From Catajapyx aquilonaris (lineage: Eukaryota): a DNA stretch of 64,000 nt. A program made the position numbers and the translations under genes. The stretch spans positions 1-64,000 of the forward strand of contig JYFJ02000185.1 in assembly GCA_000934665.2 (NCBI GenBank). Reading direction: 5' to 3'. Positions 26,701-40,982 of the stretch are shown piece after piece (positions within the stretch are counted from its first letter, which is position 1; every line of letters begins with the position of its first letter). The notes below the pieces were generated by a model. The model saw only the letters and a list, made by a program, of their open reading frames with translations, was not told where the DNA came from and ran no database searches.

Positions 26701-29700
26701 CTTGTCGTAAGCAGATGTTTGCAACCCTCAATAACTAGTAATTGCAAACAACGGCTTCGAGAATAGCTCTCCCCCTAGGTCCTCATCGAAAATTCGACGA
26801 TGGCCACATTCTAATGAGATGGTGGCCTAGACTCCCTAGAGCATCATTCAAATTCCACTTTCCCTCCAACTATACTGTACAAACCTTTTCCTCTCTCTTT
26901 TTTTCCAAAAAAAAAAATAATCATCCCACTCAGTTCTACCTCACATAATTTTCTGCACCGAATTCCACACATGATCCTCATTTGTGAGTCTCCCCAATTC
27001 GACAGCGGTCATAGTCTACCTCAAGTCTTCCAGCGATGAAAGTTCCAGCCAGAGACCCACCAATTCAACAGCCGCGAATTAATCCTCTCGCCATATTTGC
27101 ATCATGAAAGGCCCCAAATTTCATGCCATGTGACTCGAATGAGAATCACGGGCTATAGGTCTCTCTATACTGCATATCTTGACAAAAAAAGGTGCGCAGG
27201 AAGAAGAAGAAAAGAAGTATTATGGGAGAGATGCTATGGATGTGATGAGGTTTCGCACGCTCAATTAACTCGCGAATTACCTCGCGGGAATCACTGACCT
27301 TCGTCTGATTTACAACTTTGGGGAGTGGAATTAAAGCCGTGTTTTTTTTTGAAAGGTGGGTGTGGAGGTGAAGGGCTTTTCCTTCGACGTCTTGGGGGAT
27401 GTTAATCGATCGTAATTGACATCCAAATGTTTTGTGAGGCTCGGAGGACTTGTTTGGACTGAAATAGGAGATGTAGACCTCAATTCATAGCGACAGGACT
27501 GCCTTGGAGTTTGATCATGTACTGTACGCCAGTGGTGTAGTAGCTTATAAAAATAACTGTTCCAAAAGAAGTGATTAAAATAAGCATCTTAGTGCCAAAA
27601 ATAAAATTATGATTGTATAATCTCACAATATTTTATTACTGCATGACGTGACATGGATTTTGGCAGAATCCTGTTCTCTGTGGTGTGCATGATTTTGTAC
27701 TTTTTATATAATTATAAAAGGTCTAATTTTGTACGCTAATTATTTTGCTCACAGGCCCATACGCATTTAAAATGAAGATTTAATAGAAAACTTGATGCAT
27801 TGAGATAATCATATTTCCCTAAAGTTGATTTCAAACACAAAACATTCAGGTAACTGTCCTCCAAATTATGCATCCTGCATTAAATCCGCGATAATCATAT
27901 TATTTCTTAAATTCAGTTTAACTTATCGTAGCGTTATCCTTTCTACATGTAAAAACGGATTAACAAAGTGGTTTTTGTGACTGCGTATTATTACAAGTAT
28001 ACCAACACTATTTAAAAAGTCATGAGCTGATGCAAATGACAGTGCCAAATATTTAGTAAATAATTTACATGATAAAAAGGCAGCACTAACCCGATTAAGG
28101 CTGTTCCCACCAGCATACGTAATTTTTTTTCCAGGCATTGTGTGAGATACGAGAATTATTTAAACAAAGTATATAGTTCCCTGGCTGCTGGGAATATGTG
28201 GAAGGGCTAAGTTATCCGACGTATGTGGGTGGGTTTCTGCAGTGTGAATTTATAACAATATCGTGACAGTGTGGTTTCGCATGCAACATAGGTGTGGTCT
28301 CCAGAGTCCCCGCTGAACTGCGTAGGAGGGTAAACTTTTGTGGTAATTAAATGAAAACGCTTGAAAGGTTGCTGCAAGTTATTATCTTTGCCTCTCTCTC
28401 TTTTTTCTAGTGGTCTGTGCTGTACAGTGTAGGAAAACTGCAGCTGAACCAATATTTCGCATGCAAATTTTTTTGTGTGTGTTCCAGTCCCTTTCGGCAC
28501 AACGTGTAGTGGTAAACTTTCGCTTCATAAATTCGAAAGGCGGTATTCGCAGTGCTGAGTGTAGAAGTGCTTGAAGCATCGAGTCGTAGAAAACGACGTG
28601 AAAGAAGAGATCGGAAGCGTCAAGTGGACGTAAGAGTAGGAAGCACGGAGGCTGTTCATATTCGCTCATTTAATGCGATTATGCCCCGGGAATATTCATG
28701 AACTTGGAGGCTTGGTTGGCTGGCGTTGGCCAGGAAATGCCTTAGCTTCAGCTTTTAACCGACAGTATTTGCAACATTTCAAATTCCATGCGCCGCTGGA
28801 CTTTGCAAGGGATTACAGCTTTCAACCACTCTGTGTGTACCACTGTCCTTCTGCTTAACTATGTCACTGGGAAATGTGAGGTTAAAGAAGCCATGGCAAA
28901 ATGTGGTGCTACTCGGGTCGTATACTGTTCAGAATAATAAAGTGTCATGCAAATACTTGCTGTTGCAATAATTTTTGCATTTCATGTTATTAAGTCTAAT
29001 ATTGTAATTAATTTTCTTCTAGGAAGCATCATAGCAACAGCAACTAATCTTGGTTCACACTGTCTGCAAAAAAGGTAAGGCCGACAAAAATTATTTAAAA
29101 ATTGATTAAATCACTTGCTTTTAAAAATTATTTTTAAGGTGAGCATTGAGTAAGCCTTCTACTCCATGTGTGATAAACAATATATTGCATCTCGGTTTTG
29201 TTTAAAAAAACAACTCTTTCTGTAAGGCATATTTTCGCTTTGGGTGCTGCTTGGCCAAGAGCCATAATTTTAAACTTCTCACATCCGCTACGTCATTTAT
29301 CTGTGGAACTCTCCTTTTTTTTGCCCCCATCCCAGCAGCAGAAACAGATCGCGATTATAGGGAGTGGGATTCACAAACTAGAGTAAGGAGTGGTACGTGC
29401 ATTTTGGGCACAAGAAAAGCGCAGGTTTCCATTTGCCCTCTCATCAATCTTGGGCCAAGGAAAGTGTGCGAATGGGCCAGGAATGAATCCGGTTGGAGAG
29501 AAGAGAAAAAAAAACGGGTATAAAAGTAGATCTTCCATTCCCCGAGTTTTTTTTCTTCTTCTTCTCTTTTCTCCCCTTTTTTTGACCACACTGGTCTCTG
29601 TTTGCCTCCGCATAGAAAGAGGTGGTAACGAGCTTCTCCACTCATCTTCTTTCTCTCTGTCCTGCTTTCCTCCGGATAAAAATTCTTGTGTGGTTTTTTG

Positions 29701-31424
29701 ATCTCGAGCGAAGACGCCTTCGGAATGAGAATTCCTTCTTTCCTCCTCTTGTTCTTCCTTCGCTTTAGTTGCAAATCTATTTTTGAAGGATACCCACACT
29801 CTCCGTATGAATAAACGCTTGACTCACGACCAGTTTGTCACCAAAAGCGTCGTGGTGTGCAGACAGTACAGCCGAACTGAAATCAAATTGGTAAAAAAAA
29901 TATCGCGATTTTTTTTTGAAAACCTATACCGCAGCTATATTATGGCTCCTTTTTCGCAATCCTTTTGGGATGGGGGCCAACCTGATCGGTCCGGGTATTA
30001 AATCGCACTTGGGCACCAAAGCAGCGAATAAAATTGTGATATGAGGGACTCATTACTAGACTGCCACTCATAAATGCTGGACTGCCTAATCGAGACCGAC
30101 GATAATTGCCTGTTTTAGAGAGAAATAGAAAAAAATAGTCTTTCGTTAATCCACATATCATACGTATTGGATTTCCGTGCACTGGGTTTCAAATGTCCGG
30201 TTCTTTCGGTAATTAGAGACGGTCTAATAGGCTCAATGTGTCTCCAAATTAATAGAATCGTCGGGATTCCAATTATCAGTGTCATTTTATAAGCCTGGAA
30301 TTAACTGATACTTGTACCTACACTTTGAAATAAAATAGTGTTTTACATCTAATCGGGTCAGCGATGGGGATTAAATTACCCAGTCATGCGTATGATTTTT
30401 TCCGAGTGATATAAAGTACCGTTTCGAGTGGTTTATTTTGCTTATAAAAAGATGGTAGGTCAATTCCCGGCAGATAGCCCAACAATGGCTGATGCTATGT
30501 AGGTAAGTGATGCTCAGATTTCATAACATGGACCCTATTTTCCCTTTGAATCGTATCTGTTATATATGAAGTATCGAATGCGTACATAGAGATCATATGA
30601 AACCCTCGGGAATATCACAGAAGTGGATCGCATTTGAAATTAAAGCAGTAGTAGGTCTACCTTCAGTTTAATTGAATCTGGGTGACATGCTCTTGCAGAA
30701 GTGGTCAAATATGTATAGCCTACTTTTTATAAACATTTTTTTCTCAAATTTAGTAGACACAACTACTGCTGAAATTACAAATGAGTACCGGCTGAAAATA
30801 TGTAGACAGAACTTCCAGGATTTCGTAGGTAGGAAGTTGTAGCGTGGGTTGTAGCCTGCTAGCATGCCCTACTTACCTGTCAACTGTATACTGCACACAG
30901 TAATTACAACTGAACGTGATTAAAGAGAGAGAGTTCACTGACACGAGCATTAAAGTGCATTACTTCCATTACGTAAGTAGTGTTCAACATATTACTGGGG
31001 CCTAAAGAACTGAGTAGCCTAGAGCAAAGAACCTACAGTATCTCTCTGTTGCTAAGCGGATTTCGTAGGCTTAATCCAAGACATTTCTAGGGTAAAAAAT
31101 ATTACAGTAAAACCAGCTTTAATAAATTCATGCACCCAAAAAACGTCCGTTTTAATTTTACTCCTTCCCATAACATGAATCTCCCCATGTCTATTCTTCC
31201 CCCACAATTTTCAACCCTTTCAATATTAGTTTTTTTTCTCCTAGTCCTCCCACGGTTGTTCCATCAGGATTTAATGGCCCATGCTTAAAACGCAACGGCC
31301 AAGGTATACTCTCCAAACGCAGAGTTTAATCATCATTAGCCTCCAGGCGCGAAACTCCATGACGGACCTGTCACTAAGAAAACGAACCCGAACCGCACCA
31401 CTACCGGCTGGAAATATATAAAAA

Positions 31425-31444
31425 AGAGAGAGAGAGAGAGAGAG
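31425..31444. repeat. (AG)10 microsatellite within a purine-rich tract
   Basis: Read directly; the purine-rich run continues to about 31473. Confidence 0.9.
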
Positions 31445-33796
31445 AAGAGAGAAAAAGTGTTGAGAGAGAAAAATTTCAGAGCCGTATCGATATGACCAAC
31501 TGGTTCTTCCGGGAGAGCGACTCCGGAGCGCGAGACCTACGGACAGCTGCGCAATTTATGAAAGGGCCTGCCGTGTTCCCCCGGCTTTGACTTTGACGTT
31601 AGTTAGCTGCCCCAGGGCTGCCTTCCGCCAACTAATTTATCATATGCAAGGAAGCTGGAGCGGACGACAGACCCCCCTGGTTTTATTCCCTGTACGCGCA
31701 AGTACAGGGTGGGACACTGTCCACTGTTCAACCATGGAGGAAGAGGTCACATTTTTCCCCTTTCAACTGTGGACTTGGACTGTGCACCACCCTGTACATA
31801 CACGTACAGTATGCAGTACAAGTCTGCCATATGTTATTTCTCTGCCTTTTCGACCTTGCCGCTGGTTACACCTCTGCGTGGAATTGGGGCTGTTTCTCTA
31901 AGAAGCAGGTGGACGAATGGGATTTAAAGTTGTTACTGTCCAGCGAGCATCATGTACTAAAAGCATAAATGAAATGACGGTTTATTCCCTGAATCTCCTG
32001 GTGACCCTGTACAGTGCAGCTGAGCTGCTGCAGTGTATCAGCCTGCAAGTTGTACAGTGCTGCAGAAAATGATCGATCTAACCGTGCAGTAGAGGAGCAG
32101 TAAATCTTGTTGAAACCAATAAAGTGTGTTCCAATTAATGTGTCCGATTCAGTTAGTTCTATAGGTAGTCCTCACTTGTACACTTAGCCTTTTTTATTAT
32201 TGCGGGATTTAATGAAGATGTGGCCGAGCAAAATCCAAGCCTGAATGCTTCGCGTAATAATTTTTTTAAATCAATTGAACACTTAATTTTGCAATAAGCG
32301 AACAATTTTGCTTCCGGAATTAAAAATTACATTCTTCTTATTACTATTGTAAATGAGGAATTTCATTTGTCCTTTCCACTAATTTTGCTTTCAATCACCT
32401 GGCATGTGTGTACTCCCAGGTCCCAAGCCCTCTTGGAATGTTGCCTGCTATATCACCTCGTTCTCGCCCGTGTCTTACACCTCATTAAAATCAGCTGAGA
32501 ACTCTCGAGTTGCCCTCTCTACTGATGGCAAAATATTTTTTTTAAAAGAGTGAGGGCATATAAAAAGACCCCTCCTCTCCCCAGGTCCGCCTTTCAAAAC
32601 CCCCCTCTTTCCCTTGAGTGACACGCTCGATGATAACACTTTGACCTGCTTTCTTTGGCACGCAGATTGCAAGTTTAATTGAATTATCAATATACGCACG
32701 AAGGCGAAAGGAGCGGCATGGAACAAAGGCCATGGATGACTCTATAAAGCTCCCTGTGTACTCGTGGTGAGTTTGCAGCATGTGTACCACGGGACTACCG
32801 GATAAATTTTGACGGTACATAAAACGTAATTAGTGACCGACCATGACCTAGTTACTGTCCAAGTACAATATTAGTTCTTGTGGTGCTGCTACATGTAATG
32901 AAATTTTTATTATAGTGTAATTAGGATTTTCATATGTATAATATCTGTCTATTACAGTATATATAAATATATCAATTATAAATACTGACGTACAGTAAAG
33001 CACCGGTAATCACGATTGAATTAATGCACAATGTGCCCCAATTGAATTTGGCAATTTTTTTCCTACGTTCAATTTTTCTTCAGCTTTAATAAAAAGGGGA
33101 AAAAATCTCTGAAGAAAATTGTTCGTCTCAGCGAGTATAAGTGCCGAAAATTGCCTCTGACAATTTAAGCTAATCTAGGAACCGTGAGAATTACCCGGGT
33201 ATCAGACACCGTAAATTCGACCAGACAGGCCAGAAGTTTTGATGAGCAAAAAACTCGATTCACTTTATTTACTGGCTTTCCCCGGCACTTGTCGGGCTTC
33301 GATGTGACATTTTGAAATCGTGCTGTCTTGTCCTCACGAGAGGGTTTAATTGAGGTGCGTCTTTGGAAATTACTACCCGAAAAAGAGAGATAAAGCTTTA
33401 TTAGTGTAGGAAAGTTCCCCGCAAAAAAAAAAGGTTCATGTTGGATCTACTTGGAATCGATCTGAAACTGTCATGTTGAAGACAATTTTTTTGTCTCTGT
33501 CTTTATATAAAGCATGAGTGTCGACTCGGATATTTCTCACCCTCGTTTTCTTGGATGGCAAAAAATGGGGCTAATCAGGGAGTGATTGAACGACAAAGAA
33601 GGAAAGTTGTTTAGAGCAAAAGAAATCTGTCGATGTAGCCAAACGAACTTTTGTTTTAAGTCTTTATGGACTTCCTTGGAGAAAACTTCTTCCGTCCTTC
33701 TTTTGTACCGGGAACGTTCTAACTAGATTTGAGCGATGAAATCTGTATGGTTTCAGATAATTCAGAAAGAACCAGGCTTTCTCGTACCTCGTTCGA

Positions 33797-33824
33797 CGGA
33801 TACAGCCTACGACACTTCCATCGC
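33797..33824 (+). repeat. Exact 28-bp dispersed direct repeat, copy 1
   Basis: CGGATACAGCCTACGACACTTCCATCGC, identical to 36069-36096. Confidence 0.95.
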
Positions 33825-35850
33825 ACGTCCACTCTTCCTGCTAATGGCATGCATGAAACGTCTGAAATGTTTAAAAAATGAAACCTGTCGCTTTTAAATC
33901 CGTCACGATTTGTGCAAGATCGAGCACTGCAGCTGTAGGTTTGAGACCTATCGCAGCATAAATTCTGGCTCCGGAGCATTTTGAGAAAGGAGGCCGTACA
34001 ATGCAAATCCTTCCCGCATTTACGACTTGGGGCAGATCAAAAGGAAGCATTAGACAGTTGGGAGGCGCCGGAAGGGACTCTTGCTCGGATCTATATATTT
34101 CCTCTGATCGACTGGATTCTTGACGATTTTTCTTCGGATAACTTTACAGCAATCTTTTTTGCAACGCTAGCTTTCTTCCACATCGACCTGATCCATCATC
34201 CGTAGAGCTTTTTTTTCTCTCCTCTCCTCCTTTCCACTCTCCTTTTTCCACCCCTCTCTCCCTTAGCCCGCCTTCCACCGCCATTCCCGATGGAAATTCT
34301 CCTTCCGGAGTTTGCTTTTCAGATAAAGTCTGCGCAGAGAAACCTTCCCGACTAGCGCCCTCGGGTTATCCAATTTTTCTAAGAAAGGATTCGAAATTGC
34401 GTTCCCATTTTCAACAGCATGACTGTAATAAATATGAGACAACCTGCTCCAGGGAGATCATATTTGTGGGTGTCAACAGTAATTTCGTTTCCCCTCCCCG
34501 CTACTCTCAGCATCATTCGAAGGGCCTGGATTTTGTTATTCTTAGAGCCCCCCCGTCTTCTCAATGGCTAAAAAGAGAGTCTGTGTAGTATATATCCAGC
34601 CACTCAGATTCGTCAGAGTGTATACCACTCTGCTGTTCGAATAGGCAGATGACTGCACCCTTAGTATGTGTGTGGGTACGTTGCCTTTTTCACATAAAGT
34701 TATTAGATGTCACATGGTACGTTGAGATTTAATGGAAGTGACCATCTTAATTTAAAATTGTGATACACACACTGTTTGCTATGTATAACTTTTCCCTGAA
34801 TCTACATTAGTCAGCCTTGTTGGGTCTCTATGTTTGAAGGGCCCCGTAGCGTAGCAACATAAAGTGGGTAGAGATCGAGACGCCATGGTAAACATCATTT
34901 ACTGTGTATGGTACACGGGGTCCGTCCGGCTAATAAACTGATAAGAGTGGTCGGTTCTTTTAGAGTGCTCTCGACCAAGAGCAAAGTTAGGGTTTATTAA
35001 TGTCAATAACATGGCGAGTAGCTTTTTTTTACAGATGTGTATGTGTTTCCAAATGACATTTCAATGCTAAATATTAGTTAGTAACTGTACTCTGAGCCTT
35101 TTAAAAATTGCTAATTAAAATCACACCCTAGTAACCTACTTTAGGGATTCCACTCTGGCTGAAGAGAAATGGTGCAAAAAAAAGACGCTAAACGCTCGTG
35201 ATTATAATGTCATAACTGCCTGGCGTTAGTTGGTGGAGGGAAAAAATAAGGCCTAATTTCCTGTACCAGTTTTGAACAATCGTCGGGTGTGAATAAAGCC
35301 CTCATGTATAGCGCCGGGGCCAGAAGGATAATCAGGCCTTGCTTACAACCGCAATAAATGTGAGCGTGCAAAGTTACTTTCATGCCCTGATGAAACAAAA
35401 AGGCATATCTCACCCTCCCCCCTTCTGTCCTCTAGTTCTTTTTCATCCCCCCCCATTCCCCCCTCTCTTTTTAGCTGTGTGTTTTCACCCCCCTCTTGCA
35501 TCTCCTGCAGGGGGTTTTTTTCCTCTATAGTTTGTCCGTTTCCATTCCGCGCGGGAGCGTTCGTGTAATTTCCCCATTCCATCCTGCGGCTCCACACTTG
35601 TCTCCCACACAATACTACATCCGACAAGTCCCGCCTCGTTATGGGAATCGCCGGCTGTTGCAGCTTCCACTTGTACCTTTTGCCTGGCACAGCTTTCCTG
35701 TTTTCATGTCTCGACTGACCTTTACCCATACAACAGGGTGTTTCATAATTCGACCAACACGCTTCTATATAGGGTGAGTTCCTGGACAGCAGTGGATCAC
35801 TTTATGTATATAGAGGTGTCGTTTGGTCTACGTAGGTTAGTACAAAATAT

Positions 35851-36064
35851 AATTGAGGGTCTGAGATATATTCTTAAAAACAGCCAAGTTCACTTTTAGG
35901 GCGTCCAATGCAAATATGTGCAGCAATTATGCATTTTAATGTCAATAGGTATTAATTGCACATTTGCACATATGGACGTAAAAAGTTTTAAGGTTTGCTA
36001 ATTTTACGACCAGTTTTACCAGGTGGACTTGCCTGATTTTAAATAACCCTCAGACCCCTTAATT
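35851..36064. mobile_element. Decayed MITE with ~43-bp terminal inverted repeats (Kolobok-like TTAA/GG ends)
   Basis: 35851-35893 aligns to the reverse complement of 36023-36064 at about 34/44 positions. The right end reads CAGACCCC-TTAA and the left end TTGA-GGGTCTG. There are internal inverted blocks (CGTCCA/TGGACG, TGCAAAT/ATTTGCA). The superfamily is inferred from the TTAA target plus purine termini. Confidence 0.7.
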
Positions 36065-36068
36065 GTCG

Positions 36069-36096
36069 CGGATACAGCCTACGACACTTCCATCGC
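36069..36096 (+). repeat. Exact 28-bp dispersed direct repeat, copy 2
   Basis: Identical to 33797-33824; lies a few bases outside the right end of the MITE. Confidence 0.95.
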
Positions 36097-39000
36097 TTTC
36101 TTTGGAAGCCCTTATACTGCATAAACACGGTTCAGCCTGTATGGCACACTCCACAGGACATTCATGTCTGAACGTGAGCGCCCATTGAAAGCAGGTCTGC
36201 TGTACAGAATGGCACAAAATGGCGTTACGACAGTGTAGCGTGGAAGCCGCGATCCGCAAATCCGGGTATTGTGGAGAGGGGGGGAAGCCCGCATATTATT
36301 TATTTAGCGGGTAATCAAAGTGGTGGGTGGGGGTTACAAAAGCGAATTTCTCGATTCACTTCCACCTTGCATAATGAAGATTAATCCGGCAGTGGAGAGT
36401 TTTCGGTGGCTGAAAAGCCCCGTGCTGTGTATAGACTAGGGGCGCGTAATTAGTCGCTACAATCGTTCAATCAAAGTGCAGCCGGTCATCAAGTTTTAAT
36501 CATAAACCATACAGTACGCCGGGGATGCGTTTGGCAAGTGACGGAACGTGACACTGTAATTAGCGGTATGTTCTTGTTGCTATCAAAAGTCTGCCCGAAA
36601 AAATATTATGAGAAAAGTTGTTTTTTTCCTTCCCCCCGCTGAGAAGGTGGTCCATAATCCGGAGTCATTTTGAGCTGAACTTCGGATGCGACTTGGCCCC
36701 CCCTAATAGCTCTTGCTTATCACCACGGCAGCAGTCTCCTGATGAAACCCGCTCTCAATTGAGGTCAAAATCCAGACTTAGGAGTTGGGCACATCTCGCC
36801 CCACAAAAAATACCCATTGCTATATCTATGAATACGTAATTATTCTTGCACTGCAACAAAACGGCACATATTTTCACAGAACACAAGAGAATCAATCAAG
36901 TTCGAGTGCCAAGCAGCGCCTCCCTTCTTGCAGACAACAATGACACGGATGGATAGACCGGAAGGTGAAGCAAGTTTACTCTGGAAGATGGTGCCCCTTT
37001 AGCTTTGGCAGTGTTTTTGGAAGCCAGGCCTGCCTCCCAAGGCTTTATCCCTTCCTTTACTCCTCTAGGGCCATTAGTAAGAGCAGCCAAATGGTCCCTG
37101 GGCGGCCCGCCTTGATTGGGCAACTGCATCGAGCGGGGGCTTGACTGATGCAGTACTGGAACTACTAAATAAGTGGCCTCCTGGAAAAAGCATGCTCTGG
37201 GTGTCGGATGCTGGGAAATATATTTATAAAGAGCTTCGAATCTTATCGGACCTTTGGGAGAACTTTTTTTTACTGGTTCATTCGAGACATGAGATGATTT
37301 CGATTTGATGCTGGGATCTATCGAGGGGTTAAAACAGAGATCAAAAAAAGAACTGGCCATTAAATGAGGGTCAATGTTTTCGCATGGATTTATCGGATTT
37401 GCTTTGCACTGTAGGAGCATTAAGGTAATGCGGAACTGTAATTTAGAGGAGTCACACAGGCTCTTTGCGCATCAGGTGTAGGATCAACAAATTTTTACAG
37501 GGCGATTACATTTTAATTGCACCGTGGATTTAAAAACGACTTCATTTTAAAACGAGCCTGAATACGTAAAAGCAGAACTGGAAAGTATTGATCAACCCGA
37601 ACGACTGAAAGTAATTTGGCAGTGGCACAGCGTTCGTTATATTTCATTCATTATGAATTATGCAACTAGGTTGGGATCATAATGCGTGTTGTTTTACAGG
37701 TAGTCAAATATCCGTGATTGAATTGCGTGGCAACTGTAATAATGACATCGATTTTTTTTTCTTTCTCTCCTTTCAAAAATGTCACCGCAATACATTCCAT
37801 TTAAGCGTAATTACTGGTATCACATGACTGTAAAGAGGCACGAAAAGGAAAATTGGGCAATATCAGATCGAGGTAATTCTCAGCCTGAGTTCTTCTCAGT
37901 ATAAGAAGCTTCCATCTTGGACGGGAGATCTTCCAAGCTCCTTTTCCGTCTGTGTTTGGAGAAACTCCAAAGCTGCACAGAACGAGAATGGAAACATTCG
38001 TCTTTTTTGGGGAGGGGGGGGGGGGGGATTTTCTGAGGCGATTGACTACGGCCATTGTGCCTTTTGAAAGTGACAAATGACGTCGGGCCAGCATGTTCCA
38101 TAAGGACCCGAGAGAAAACAAGAGCGGAACGTAATTCCATCTAACTTATCACCGTGGCTTGCATATTCAGAGCCCCTTGACAATTCCAACATGTCCGCTT
38201 GCTCCAGAAGAAAAACCTATTTTTTGATACTTTGACCTCGATTCGCCATATTGTGGACCAATAATTTGGGCGGGAAAACACTGGTCTCATTTTGTTAGGA
38301 GGATCTTCCTTTAGCAAACCGGTCTATTTCTCATTATCGCTGGCATTTAGGACGATAAGGCAGAGTCTTAGAACAAAAGGTAGGCTCCATTCCCTTAAGA
38401 CCCAGCAGAGGGGAACCTTCTTCTCCTTCCCCAATCCGAGACCTCGAAGAGCAAGTCTCGCCTTTTCTTCCCCCGTTTTCTCCCTCCCTGTTTCCATTCA
38501 GGCGGTAGTTGAGGGGGGTAATTAACTACCCCCAGCACAAAATGAACGGTAATGGAGGAAGTGGCTGACGAAAAGGGTCATTTAAGGCATCTCGTGCCGG
38601 GTCGAAACAAATACCTCGCCTAATACACCTCCGCCCTTAATTCCACGTGCAGGGGCGAAAGTAATGGGTTTTAAGGGTTTCAAGACCCTACCCTCAGCCA
38701 GAAGAGTAAATGCTAATTAACGAGCATGACCAGCCTCAGACGTCGTCAGGACGTCAGGAAAGGCCGCCCTTTTAGTGTTGACACTCCTTGAAAAGCCGTC
38801 ACGTGGGGCACGTGGTGGAATCCGACATGCTTCTCCTTCATGGAGCGTTCAACCGTCTTGTCAGCAAAGACGTACGGAGCATTTAAATAGGTCGTACCTG
38901 CTGCTGTTTCCAACATGTGAAACATCCCCGAAAGAGTTGGCTTTAAAATGGGGTGGCTTGATCCACTTCTTGCCCTGCAGCTTACTCTTGGTGTTGTCAT

Positions 39001-40958
39001 AAGCGTGGAATTAATGAGGTGCTGCGGATTGTACGCTGCTCCTCCCTGTGATGAAATGCGGGCTGCTGGCAGGGATAATGCAGGGTTCAGCTGGCAGTTG
39101 GCCCAGAAGCTAGCCAGGAAGCTATGTACACACCTGCATTGCCGTCATTGCATGGTCATACTCACTTCAGATTATGGGTGTCGCTTAGCAATCGAGCCAC
39201 TTCAAATAAAGTGCTATTCAGGATCGCATTTGGCCTGTACAATGTTTGGCAGGGACCAACTCGATCTGCCTAACATCGAGGGGCAACAACAGAAGCGGAG
39301 GAGTGAATGCTGGGTGGCTGCAATTGCACGCGTTTGCTCTCCTCTGTCGGTCATTCCCTGCCATTACCGCTCTAGTTTGAGTACCTCATTTTTCGCCCAC
39401 TCTTCTTGTGAACTGCGGCAATAATCAGATTACACGGGAGGGAAATACACGGAGGGGGCTGTCATTACGACGGACTAACTGCACCTGTTTATTTTTTTAA
39501 ACCTCCGGCCGCTTCCCATTCGAGCGGGGGAAAAAGCTGCTATTTTGTCCACTGCTATACTGTTGCCTTGTGGGTGTTTGGACATTTTCCACGCCTAGAA
39601 TCTAGTGTACCTGTCGACTTCTTCTTGGGCGAAGATTCCGGTGACATTAAGCACTCCTAGAAACAAGGCGGAGCTCAGAGGCAAAGACAGGATCGACAGT
39701 GTTTATGAAGTAGGTCGTCAGTCACGAGGACTTTGAAAGCAGATTAGAAGCTAAGTGCTCCAGGCCTCCCCCGTTTATTGCGACGATGGTTAAGGGCTTT
39801 TCGTGCAGAGGCAATGCGTTTTGTTTCGCCTTAGTAAAGAGAGACAGCGGACAATGGCGAAATGAAGTGAGCGAGTCCCTAATGGCAAGAGGAGGGTACA
39901 GTACGTACCGACGAGATGAGGAGCGTTTCAAGTTGACATCTCAGAGAGAACACGTGCTGCTTTCAAGTCCTTTCGCTGACAGGATGAGGATTTGTGTTCA
40001 TGTGACGTCACGAAATCCTTTCTCGGTCTGGCAGAGATGTCGTCGACAATGGATGTAATTCCAGATGGAACACGGTGATGCGACTTGAACAATACAAAGC
40101 TAATGCTGCACGCAGTTGTCCTATATTGGTTGGCGAATAATCAAAAACCAAAGGGCGGAAAGTGCCAATCAGCCATTAGGATTAAACCCTTTAAAGACCT
40201 GCAATCCGGAAACAATCAAATTAGCAATATGTCGTAAACTGAATATTAAGCAATATGTACTGCAGTTCTAGAGGGTTTTTTCTGATTGTCAAGTCAGTTT
40301 GGTGTTTATAATAATTATTTCATTTCTATATGAAAATGTAAAGGGAATTTTGTAGGCTACAGTAAAAGCAGTTTTATACGTTCAAAAAACAGCTACAGGA
40401 AAAATAGTGGCTTTCACACGAGGAATTAATTATTCTGACAGAATTTGACCGAATTGTCTCTCAAATTGAATTCTGCAAGTGTGAAATTACGAGACAGTCG
40501 AGTCGTAATTAAAGCAGAAATATTTTTTCCCCCGGGACAATGATGCCACGATATTAAATCAAATAGGCGTCCAAAATAATTTATAACGCACTGTAAGATG
40601 TTGGTTTAGTACTGAATGTTGAAGAAATCACTATACCACATCAACTATAGCGTATTAAGGTAATTAATACGCTCCAGCCCTAAATAAGTTACAGTTTGAT
40701 CTGTTCTTATTATGATGTCCCACGGTACTTTATGATTGGAAGTGCGCGGACCAAGCGGAATATCTATTTCGCTTCCGTTGAATTTTTAAAATTTCATTTC
40801 CATGCATGGTTAATTTAGAACACGTGGTAAATTAAACTTGATAATTCAATTAGCGTCCGCTACATAAATTTTGCATCGCTTCCTGGCTAATTATGAACAG
40901 CATATTTAAAAGAAACAAGAGAGAGCGTCGGGGTGTATTTAGAGGCCTGAAGCTGTAG

Positions 40959-40982
40959 CAGCAGCAGCAGCATCATCATCAT
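40959..40982. repeat. Compound (CAG)4(CAT)4 microsatellite
   Basis: Read directly from the sequence. Confidence 0.85.
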
